Assembly (NCBI GenBank): GCA_964467255.1
Contig: CAYXPR010000004.1
Location: 66,063-130,062, forward strand
Direction: 5' to 3'
DNA from: an uncultured Rickettsiales bacterium
GTDB taxonomy: Bacteria > Pseudomonadota > Alphaproteobacteria > Rickettsiales > RGZB01
Length of the DNA: 64,000 bases
The translations under genes and the position numbers were made by a program. Positions 1 through 7,674 of the stretch are shown here, piece by piece (position 1 is the stretch's first letter; each line of letters starts with the position of its first letter). The notes under the pieces are model-generated. The model searched no databases. It saw only the letters and a list, made by a program, of their open reading frames with translations, and had not been told where the DNA came from.

Positions 1-1128
1 CGGTTTGCCCATAATGCGGCGCATGGCAAGGTTGCTGTGTTTCACAAAACCATTTTCATCGAGCAATGCCACGGCGAGTGGTGCGTTATCCATAAACTCG
101 CGGATTTTGTCGCCCTGTTTTTTATCAGTCTGTTGTGCGCCGCTATCGGCCGTCATCACGAAGCCATAGCGAATCCCGCCTTCTTCCGAGCCAGTGGCAA
201 TTTGAGTGACATAGGATTTGACCGGTTTGTTGAGGCGGTTGCGGAAGGCAATTTCACCGTGCCAGCTGGCGCCGAACCCAGCCATGTCTGCGCTGCCGAA
301 CACGACTTGCCCAAGCTGGAGCGTGCCTTCGGACAAACTATCTGCTGTTTTTCCGACCATGTCGGAGAACATGGAGTTGGCGTAGATGAAATTATTTTTC
401 TCGTTCAGCGCGTAGCACCCCATCGGGAGCTGGTCAAAAAAGCGCGTGAGCATGCCAAACATGCTGCTGGCAGAAGGTGCAGCACCCTGCGCAGGTGCGG
501 CGACGTTGCTGGCGGTTTGCAATTTTCCCGGTGCAAAAGCACGCACAATGGCAAAGCCCTTCGGGCGCTTGATGGGCTCAAGCAACACTTCAAGCTGCTG
601 GCGCAGGCCAAACCCGTCGGTGATGGAAAAAGATACGCGGCCGGAGGTGCCATTTTTCAGCGCTTCGATGAGGATGGTTTTATCCGCTTCCAGCAGCCCC
701 ATGCCGAGCAGCAGGCTATCGAATGTTTTGGTGCCGCTCGCGACGTCACGCGAGAAGAGTTTGTAAAATCCCGGGCTCATGTAGGCGATTTCACCGGTGG
801 ATTTTAACATGACGGTGAATTCCGTGCCCGTGCTGGCGCCGCCCGCATAGAGCGCGTTTTCAAAGTCGCTGGCGAGCATCATGTCATTCAGCTTCAGCAC
901 CTGATAGGTGACATAACCGATAAGGCCAAGGAAGATAGCGGTAAGCAAGCTTACCAGCGCGGTGGTGCCCATGGAGGGGGCGTTGTAACTGGCGCCGAGG
1001 AGCACAAAAAAAGCAACCGTCAGAAGCCCCGACATCAGCCACGGCGAAGGCTTCGGTGCGCGGCGTATGAAATCGTCGGCATCGGCCTTGCGGGCAACAG
1101 CAACTTTATCGGCCAAACGGTCTTGCAT
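1..1128 (-). CDS. PAS-domain membrane sensor protein, N-terminal 376 codons (partial, continues past window start)
   Basis: Not in the ORF track because it is edge-truncated. Own translation from ATG at 1128-1126: MQDRLADKV..., two hydrophobic segments (LLTVAFFVLLGA, LVSLLTAIFLGLIGYV), then PAS-like blocks (FFDQLPMGCYALNEKNNFIYANSMFSDMVGK...WHGEIAFRN; REFMDNAPLAVALLDENGFVKHSN). The output domain lies outside the window. Confidence 0.7.
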   Translation of the reverse strand, partial: MQDRLADKVAVARKADADDFIRRAPKPSPWLMSGLLTVAFFVLLGASYNAPSMGTTALVSLLTAIFLGLIGYVTYQVLKLNDMMLASDFENALYAGGASTGTEFTVMLKSTGEIAYMSPGFYKLFSRDVASGTKTFDSLLLGMGLLEADKTILIEALKNGTSGRVSFSITDGFGLRQQLEVLLEPIKRPKGFAIVRAFAPGKLQTASNVAAPAQGAAPSASSMFGMLTRFFDQLPMGCYALNEKNNFIYANSMFSDMVGKTADSLSEGTLQLGQVVFGSADMAGFGASWHGEIAFRNRLNKPVKSYVTQIATGSEEGGIRYGFVMTADSGAQQTDKKQGDKIREFMDNAPLAVALLDENGFVKHSNLAMRRIMGKP

Positions 1129-1193
1129 GGGCGGCTTTCGCTTTTCTTCTATTCTGCCCTTTGTTTGTAAGGAAAAAAACCTTAAATAGCAAC

Positions 1194-1218
1194 CGCCTGC
1201 TTATGCCTTAAGCAGGCG
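1194..1218 (-). terminator. 10-bp hairpin 7 nt after the flhB stop (possible terminator/attenuator)
   Basis: cgcctgctta-tgcct-taagcaggcg. On the minus strand the U-run (ttttttt) lies about 12 nt beyond the stem, so it is not canonical. Confidence 0.3.
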
Positions 1219-1224
1219 TGGGGG

Positions 1225-2349
1225 CTAAATACGCGCTCTTTTGGCTTCGGCCTTGGCAGCGGCCTTTTTGGGCAATTTGCCCTTCAGGCGGTAAACGTAG
1301 CCAATGACCTCAGCCACGGCTTGGTAGAATTCGAGCGGAATTTCACCGTCTAAATCCACTGTGGTGTAGAGCGAGCGTGCAAGCGGCGGGTTTTCTACCA
1401 CCGGTACTTTATTGAGTTCAGCCACTTCGCGGATTTTGAGTGCGATGGCATCTGCGCCCTTGGCGACCAGTATCGGCGCGGTCATTTTGTCTTCGTCGTA
1501 TTTCAGCGCGACGGCATAGTGCGTGGGGTTGGTGATAACCACCGAGGCCTCTGGCACGCTTGACATCATGCGCTGGCGGGCCTTTTCCTGACGCAGTTGT
1601 TTGAGGCGCGCCTTGATAACCGGATCCCCTTCCGTTTGCTTATATTCTTCCTTCATTTCTTGGCGGCTCATGCGCAGTTTTTTCATGTATTCATAGCGCT
1701 GGTACATGTAGTCGAGCAGGGCGATGGCGGCCATCACAATTGCGGCACCAAGCGCCATGCGGAAAGCAAGCGTGCCCATGTAACGCATGAGTTCCGGCAT
1801 TGCATAGGCCGTGAGGGTTTCCATGCGCCCCATTTCCGGCATCACCACCATGTACGCTACCACGCCGACGAGCGTGATTTTGATAAGACCTTTGATGAAC
1901 TCCATGAGAGAACGCAGCGAAAACATGCGCTGTAAACCCTTCATGGGCGAGATTTTTTCAAGCTTGGGCAGGATGGGGTCGGCAGTGAAAATAAAACCAT
2001 GCTGCACAAAATGCGACAAGAATGCCGCTAGCACCACCGTGATGAATGGAATGGAAATAAGCGAGAGTAAGTCCCCCACCACCTGCCACGACAAAATGGC
2101 AAGCCCACCATTGTCGAGAATGATGTCATGCGGGGACTGAATGAAATGCGCAAACAGGCGTATTGCACGCTTCATCAGATACGGCAAAAACCATGCGATG
2201 TTGAAAACCAACACAACAATCATCAGGAAGTTGGTGACTTCCTTTGAAGAAATAACCTGACCTTTTTTGACGGCTTCTTGTAACCGTCGTTGCGTAGGCT
2301 CTTCGGTTTTTTCCTGCGCCCCGCCGCCCTGCTGCTCTTCGTCTGCCAT
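1225..2349 (-). CDS. flhB: flagellar type III export protein FlhB
   Basis: 374 aa with four N-terminal TM segments, the NPTH autocleavage motif (VVITNPTHYAVALKY), and AAGGAG SD upstream. Confidence 0.93.
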   Translation of the reverse strand: MADEEQQGGGAQEKTEEPTQRRLQEAVKKGQVISSKEVTNFLMIVVLVFNIAWFLPYLMKRAIRLFAHFIQSPHDIILDNGGLAILSWQVVGDLLSLISIPFITVVLAAFLSHFVQHGFIFTADPILPKLEKISPMKGLQRMFSLRSLMEFIKGLIKITLVGVVAYMVVMPEMGRMETLTAYAMPELMRYMGTLAFRMALGAAIVMAAIALLDYMYQRYEYMKKLRMSRQEMKEEYKQTEGDPVIKARLKQLRQEKARQRMMSSVPEASVVITNPTHYAVALKYDEDKMTAPILVAKGADAIALKIREVAELNKVPVVENPPLARSLYTTVDLDGEIPLEFYQAVAEVIGYVYRLKGKLPKKAAAKAEAKRARI

Positions 2350-2376
2350 TTAAGCAGCTCCTTGAATGCGGTGGGT

Positions 2377-3117
2377 TTATCCGGCCTTACGGATTTTTTT
2401 ACGCGTTGCCGTGCTGCTGCTTGCCGGCGCTTTTTTCTTCGGCGCGGCTTTTTTTGTTTCTTCCGGTTTTGCCGGAGCAAAGCTGGCAAGACCAATCAGC
2501 CCTGCGATTTCACCCGCCAGCATACGCACTTCCTGTGCGGCTTGGCTGGAAGGTGCCGTTTCGGTGACGCAGCGGCCCTCAAGCAGGCTGGAGGCAAACA
2601 TCACGCGGTTGCCGAGCAGGGTTTTGAGGCGGCTCGAAAGCTCGCGGCTGACCTGCTGCGCCAGCTTAGAGTTGGGTGACACGCGGTTTAACAGCACATG
2701 GCACGGCACGTTTTCGGCTTTGCAGATATCCACCGTGCTTTTGGTGGCCCATAAATCTGTAGGGCTTGGCTGCACGGGGATAATCACCACGTCTGCCACG
2801 CGGATGGCGGTTTTCGCTTCGGTTTCCGTGTGTGGCGGGCTGTCGATGAGTATGATGTCGAACCCGTCTTTCAGGCGGTCAATCTCGGAGCGCAGGCGCC
2901 AGCCGGAAAGGGTAGAAAAATGTAAACCCGTGAAGCCTTCGCCAAAACGCTTTTCGCGCACAGCATGCCAGTGGGTGAGTGAACCCTGCGGGTCGATATC
3001 GATGATGGCAACCTTGTTGCCCTTCTGTGCAAACGCCACGGCCAGATGGGCCGCTACGGTGGTTTTTCCGGCGCCGCCTTTTTGCTGCGCGATGGTAATC
3101 ACTTTATGCTGCGCCAT
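2377..3117 (-). CDS. ParA/MinD-superfamily ATPase with Lys/Ala/Pro-rich C-terminal tail
   Basis: Deviant Walker A QQKGGAGKTT and ParA-like IDIDPQGS and LIDSPP motifs. Start re-set to MAQHKVITIA (ATG 3117); the longer track ORF is an extension. Lies 27 bp upstream of flhB. Confidence 0.85.
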   Translation of the reverse strand: MAQHKVITIAQQKGGAGKTTVAAHLAVAFAQKGNKVAIIDIDPQGSLTHWHAVREKRFGEGFTGLHFSTLSGWRLRSEIDRLKDGFDIILIDSPPHTETEAKTAIRVADVVIIPVQPSPTDLWATKSTVDICKAENVPCHVLLNRVSPNSKLAQQVSRELSSRLKTLLGNRVMFASSLLEGRCVTETAPSSQAAQEVRMLAGEIAGLIGLASFAPAKPEETKKAAPKKKAPASSSTATRKKIRKAG

Positions 3118-3206
3118 ATGTTTTCCCCCTATGACGATATGATTTTGCGGATGCACCCCATCCGCGCTATAGTCCCCAGTGCAAGGAGTAACACAAGAGG
3201 GCAAAG

Positions 3207-3833
3207 ATGTCTTGCAGAATTCATGCGGCAGATGAGGCGAATATTCGTGAGGCGGTGCGGCGCTTAAAACGCGGCGAGGTGATAGGTGCACCCACGGAAA
3301 CCGTCTATGGCCTGTTTGCCGATGCCTCGAACCCGCAAGCGCTCCGCCGCCTGAAGGAAATCAAAGGCCGCGCGTTTGATAAACCCTTGCAGGTGATGGT
3401 GCCAACCGCGCTATGGGCCAAAGATGTGGCAGTGCTTTCCCCTGCTGCTCAGAAGCTTGCCGATACATTTTTCCCCGGCCCGCTGACGCTGGTGGTGTAT
3501 CGCAAGGAAACGAAATATGTGGATGAAGAAACGGCACCTGCGCAGGACACAATTGGCATTAGGATTCCTGACCACACAGCGGTGCAGAAATTGTTACAGG
3601 CTTTTGAAAAGCCACTTGCCGCCAGCAGTGCGAATGAGGCAGGTGCCGAGAGCGCGGTGAATGCGGATGATGCCGCCCGCGCACTGGCGGCGCATGATAT
3701 ATTTATGCTGGCAGGTGAGGGGCGTATCGGGCGCGGTTCGAGCGTGGTGGATATGACTGGAAAAGAACCAAAATTATTGCGCGAAGGCAGCCTGAGCCTA
3801 AAAGAAATACACGCCGCGCTTAACGCGCGATAA
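3207..3833 (+). CDS. tsaC: L-threonylcarbamoyladenylate synthase, YrdC/TsaC type
   Basis: 208 aa, single YrdC domain: LKRGEVIGAPTETVYGLFADA, ...PLAASSAN. Confidence 0.85.
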   Translation: MSCRIHAADEANIREAVRRLKRGEVIGAPTETVYGLFADASNPQALRRLKEIKGRAFDKPLQVMVPTALWAKDVAVLSPAAQKLADTFFPGPLTLVVYRKETKYVDEETAPAQDTIGIRIPDHTAVQKLLQAFEKPLAASSANEAGAESAVNADDAARALAAHDIFMLAGEGRIGRGSSVVDMTGKEPKLLREGSLSLKEIHAALNAR

Positions 3834-4911
3834 AATCTTTTAAGGCTTCCGCGAGAGCGCGGTTTTCTTCTTCAAGACCGACGGTGATACGCAAACAATT
3901 CGGTAAGCCATAGCTGACCATGCTGCGCACGATGATGCCGCGCGTGTGCAGGAAACTATCTGCCGCCGCTGCATCATGCCGCTTGGATTTGGGGAATTCC
4001 ACCAACAGGAAGTTCGCCACACTCGGGTGCACGGTGAGGCCAAGCCCTGCCAGCGTGCGTGCCATCCATGCGCGCTGTTCAGTGTTGTGGCGCACGGCTT
4101 TTTCGGTGTATTCCACGTCTTTTAGCGAAGCAACGCCCGCCACCTGTGCAACATCAGACACGTTAAAGGGTCCGCGCACGCGGTGCATAATATCTGCCAC
4201 CTCAGGCGGGAAGTAACCCCAGCCCAGGCGCAGCGACGCAATGCCGTAAATTTTAGAAAATGTGTGCAGGGCCACGGTGTTTTCAGTTTCTTCCACCAGC
4301 CTGTGGCAGTGGGAATAATCTTTCTCCGTAACATATTCCGCGTAGGCGTTGTCGAGCACCAGCAGCACATGTGCGGGCAGCTGCTTGCGCAAAGCGCGGA
4401 TGTCTTTTTCTGGCAAGTACGAACCCGTGGGATTATTTGGATTGGCAATGAAAAGCAAACGGGTTTTCGGCGTGACGGCTGCCAGCAAATTCTTGATGCT
4501 CGCAGTAAGATTCTCTTCCGCCGCAACCACTGGCGTTGCACCCACGCGCAGCGCCGAAATGGGATACATTAAAAACCCATATTGGCTGTAGAGCACTTCC
4601 GTGCCCGGGCCGGCATAGGCTTGGCAGAGCAGGGCAATCAGTTCATCAGAGCCTGCGCTGCACACGATGCGGGATTCTTCCAGCGCATAACGTGCGGCGA
4701 TGGCGGCTTTTACTTCGGTGGCGTTGCCGTCGGGATAGCGATGCGCTTTATGCAGGGCTTTTTCGATGGCTTTCAGCGCCAGCGGGCTGGGGCCGAACGG
4801 ATTTTCATTCGATGAAAGTTTAATCGGATTGGCCACGCCTTCAAGCCGAGAGGTACCCGGTTTGTAGGGTTTTATTTTTAAAATCTCGTTATGAGAAAGG
4901 GGGAGCTTCAT
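3820..4911 (-). CDS. hisC: histidinol-phosphate aminotransferase
   Basis: Class II aminotransferase pattern (LSSNENPFGPSP, NPNNPTG, TFSKIYGIASLRLGW). Start re-set to MKLPLSHNE (ATG 4911), 5 nt after the upstream stop. Confidence 0.9.
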   Translation of the reverse strand: MKLPLSHNEILKIKPYKPGTSRLEGVANPIKLSSNENPFGPSPLALKAIEKALHKAHRYPDGNATEVKAAIAARYALEESRIVCSAGSDELIALLCQAYAGPGTEVLYSQYGFLMYPISALRVGATPVVAAEENLTASIKNLLAAVTPKTRLLFIANPNNPTGSYLPEKDIRALRKQLPAHVLLVLDNAYAEYVTEKDYSHCHRLVEETENTVALHTFSKIYGIASLRLGWGYFPPEVADIMHRVRGPFNVSDVAQVAGVASLKDVEYTEKAVRHNTEQRAWMARTLAGLGLTVHPSVANFLLVEFPKSKRHDAAAADSFLHTRGIIVRSMVSYGLPNCLRITVGLEEENRALAEALKDFIAR

Positions 4912-4916
4912 TGCCT

Positions 4917-5858
4917 TTAAGCCTTCGCCTGTTTTTCTTTTGCATCGGGCGTGATGCCCTCTGCCAGCTCGAGCGGCGTAGCGTAGCATCCTAGCACATG
5001 AATGGCCGCAGGGATGCCACGTGCATGCAGCTTGTTTATTACCTTGGTAAATTTTTCAATCGCGGCATCTCCCGCTGGGCGGAAACCTTTTACGTCCACG
5101 AGGTAAAAACGCTGCGTGGGCGTGCCGACCTGACGGTAGTGATGCACCAGTGTGATGATAGATTGTGTGGCATCTTTTAACGCGGTTTCAATGGCGTCAT
5201 AACTGATGGTTTCTTCCGCGGTAACAACCCAGAGCGTGTGGTCATCGCCGGTTTCTTCCGGCTCGACATAGCCGACGCACAGCACGGGTGTTTTTTTGGA
5301 TGGCGCGGCGCGCAAAAATGGTAATTTGGCAAACACCATCGGGGGTTTTTCAGTTTCTGCCACGCGCACCCACCACGGCTTGGGCGAGGCTTCGTCCCAC
5401 ACGGGCAACACACCGACGGTGACGGTTTTCTCCACCACGTCTTTGACCACTTCCATGGTGGTAGGGCGCTTGCTGATGGGGGTGAAGGCCCCGAAATATT
5501 CGCGCGCCATCCAGTAGCATTCACTGGTTTCATGGCTGGCTAGGGTAGAGATGTGGCTTTCTTCTTCCACGCAGCAGGCGCTGGAAATAATGATGCGCCA
5601 GAGCTGTGCCACGGCGGTGGCAGAAAGTTTGCCTTCGCTGGCTTTCACCATGCGGCGAATCATGCTCGCTTCGCGTCCCGGGCGGATGATGCTGTGCTGG
5701 GATTTGCCGCCGTTGTGTTTGATGACACCGACTTTTTCCACCAGCCCAACGCGTTCAATGAGCAGCTTCAACAGCGCGTCATCAATTGCATCAATCTGCT
5801 GGCGTAGCTCAGAAAGCCCTGCTTCGCCGGATTTTCCACCTGTTTTTTCTTTTGCCAT
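4917..5858 (-). CDS. chorismate mutase (AroQ class) with PheA/ACT-like C-terminal region
   Basis: N-terminal LRQQIDAIDDALLKLLIERVGLVEKVGVIK...IRPGREASMIRRM is a CM type II signature. The function of the C-terminal ~200 aa is unassigned. CM-hisC adjacency is typical of alphaproteobacteria. Confidence 0.75.
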   Translation of the reverse strand: MAKEKTGGKSGEAGLSELRQQIDAIDDALLKLLIERVGLVEKVGVIKHNGGKSQHSIIRPGREASMIRRMVKASEGKLSATAVAQLWRIIISSACCVEEESHISTLASHETSECYWMAREYFGAFTPISKRPTTMEVVKDVVEKTVTVGVLPVWDEASPKPWWVRVAETEKPPMVFAKLPFLRAAPSKKTPVLCVGYVEPEETGDDHTLWVVTAEETISYDAIETALKDATQSIITLVHHYRQVGTPTQRFYLVDVKGFRPAGDAAIEKFTKVINKLHARGIPAAIHVLGCYATPLELAEGITPDAKEKQAKA

Positions 5859-5970
5859 GGTTTTCTAAGTGCCTCGTTAGGCATGGATACTATAATAATC
5901 CGCCACAAGCGCAACGGTTTATCCGTAAATAGCTGGTTTTAGCCTGCATTTTCAGGCCCGTTAGAGGCGC

Positions 5971-5999
5971 TTGACATTTGGCGGCCAGCAAGGGATAGT
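5971..5999 (+). promoter_or_regulatory. sigma-70-type promoter candidate for tRNA-Leu
   Basis: TTGACA (5971-5976), 17-nt spacer, GATAGT (5994-5999); about 35 nt upstream of the tRNA 5' end. Confidence 0.5.
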
Positions 6000-6033
6000 A
6001 GCGCCCTTTCCATGGGGGAACCCTTGGTTTAAT

Positions 6034-6120
6034 GCCCAGATGGCGAAATTGGTAGACGCACTAGCTTCAGGTGCTAGCGCTCGCAAGAGCATGGAAGTTC
6101 GAGTCTTCTTCTGGGCACCA
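6034..6120 (+). tRNA. tRNA-Leu (anticodon CAG)
   Basis: 87 nt: acceptor gcccaga/tctgggc plus encoded CCA, anticodon stem ctagc/gctag with loop ttCAGgt, long variable arm, T-arm ggaagttcgagtcttc. Confidence 0.93.
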
Positions 6121-6140
6121 CCGTTTCATGGAATAGCGGT

Positions 6141-7673
6141 ATGAAAAAACGAATCGCAAAGTATCACCGAGATATTTCCCCCTATTCCATTTTTCTTGGC
6201 CTATTCATCGGACTACTTACAGTGAATATAGTGGTGGGGCTGGTAAACAGCTTCCATTGGCCCATTGGTCACGATGCGCAAATTTTTTATTATGTGGGCG
6301 CAAAAATTCTTGAGGGCCAGATGCCCTACAAGGATATTTTTATGATGGATATGCCAGTGGTATATCTTATCAACAGCCTCGGGATTTTTTTGTTCGGTAT
6401 ATTTGGAGACGATGTTGGGCAGCGGCTGACCGACATTGGCTGGTTGGTTTTTACCGGTGTGATGATGTATCACTTCTGTAAGATAGAGAGCCGAATGGCG
6501 GGCGTCGCAGCAGCGCTTTTTTTTGCCAGCTACCATATGGCGCTTGGGCCCGATATGGCCATGCAAAGAGACTATTTAATGGCCCCATTTTTAGTGGGCA
6601 GCTGCCACTTTTTTGCAAACTATCTTGAAGCAAAGAAACCACAAAAAAGCATTTTCATTGCAGGCGTTTTTCTGGCGCTGGCCGCAATGATAAAGCCGCA
6701 CCCGATATTGTTAGGTGTGATGTTTGTTATTGTTTTGTTGTCTGAAAAGAAACCACTTAAGACAAACGTTGTTTTAAAAGAAATCGGTTTGTTTTGTGCG
6801 GGTTTTGGGAGTGTGCTGCTGGTACTGGCGCTGTGGTTGTTGATAGGCGGTGCGGCTGGGAGCTTGTGGGAAATGGCCTTTGAATATATTCCCGTTTACA
6901 ACCGGTTCGGCACAAAACCGTTCCTGATGAACGACATTGATAAGGTGCTGTTATTTGTTGGATTAACTGCGGTTATTGCCAATATCAGTCAGGAGAAAAT
7001 TAGAAAAAGAAACACGGTTTTACTGTGTGGGTGCTTGTATGGCTTTATGCACTTCCACCTTCAGCATTTTGGCATGGTGCACCGGCTTTACCCCATGCGG
7101 GTGTTTTTTATTCTATTTTTGTTTTTTAACTTGTATGGACTTTTTAAAGCACGCGGCCTATTTCCACAGATAGCGGCCGTGTGCGTATTGTTGTGGGGCC
7201 TCTATATTTTTTCAGCCTTTGAGATGACAAAGGCTGAAAAAATAAACCGACACTGGGAATATCAGGCGCGTCAGGAGCGGATAAACGACATAAAGATGGC
7301 ATTTTTAAATGCTGCACCAGACCCTCTAAAACCCGAGGAGGGCAACACAATGCATTTCTTCGACGTGATTACAGGTTTTTGGTATGCCGCACTTGATGTC
7401 CACTCGGTATCCCCCAGTCGCTGTTTTTCGCCGTACATATTCTATATGTTTCCGGAATCTCCATATGTCCAGTCGCTTCAAAGGCGCTGCATTCAGCAGC
7501 TAGAAAGTAACTTACCAAAAGTGATAGCGCTTGGCGCATTTAGCTTCCCGCGGCAGGAGCCATTCCTGATTTACAGGAGCCAGATTTTTAAAGACTTTCT
7601 CGATCAGCACTATGCGCCCGTAGTGATGAAGCATAACCATCGGGTTTTTGCTCGCAAACCGCCCAGAGTATAG
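6141..7673 (+). CDS. GT-C fold membrane glycosyltransferase (ArnT/PMT_2-like), putative
   Basis: 510 aa with about 10 TM segments. First periplasmic loop HDAQIFYYVGAKILEGQMPYKDIFMMDMPVVYL resembles the ArnT/PMT motif region. Soluble C-terminal ~130 aa. Markedly lower GC than its neighbours. Confidence 0.6.
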   Translation: MKKRIAKYHRDISPYSIFLGLFIGLLTVNIVVGLVNSFHWPIGHDAQIFYYVGAKILEGQMPYKDIFMMDMPVVYLINSLGIFLFGIFGDDVGQRLTDIGWLVFTGVMMYHFCKIESRMAGVAAALFFASYHMALGPDMAMQRDYLMAPFLVGSCHFFANYLEAKKPQKSIFIAGVFLALAAMIKPHPILLGVMFVIVLLSEKKPLKTNVVLKEIGLFCAGFGSVLLVLALWLLIGGAAGSLWEMAFEYIPVYNRFGTKPFLMNDIDKVLLFVGLTAVIANISQEKIRKRNTVLLCGCLYGFMHFHLQHFGMVHRLYPMRVFFILFLFFNLYGLFKARGLFPQIAAVCVLLWGLYIFSAFEMTKAEKINRHWEYQARQERINDIKMAFLNAAPDPLKPEEGNTMHFFDVITGFWYAALDVHSVSPSRCFSPYIFYMFPESPYVQSLQRRCIQQLESNLPKVIALGAFSFPRQEPFLIYRSQIFKDFLDQHYAPVVMKHNHRVFARKPPRV

Positions 7674-7674
7674 G

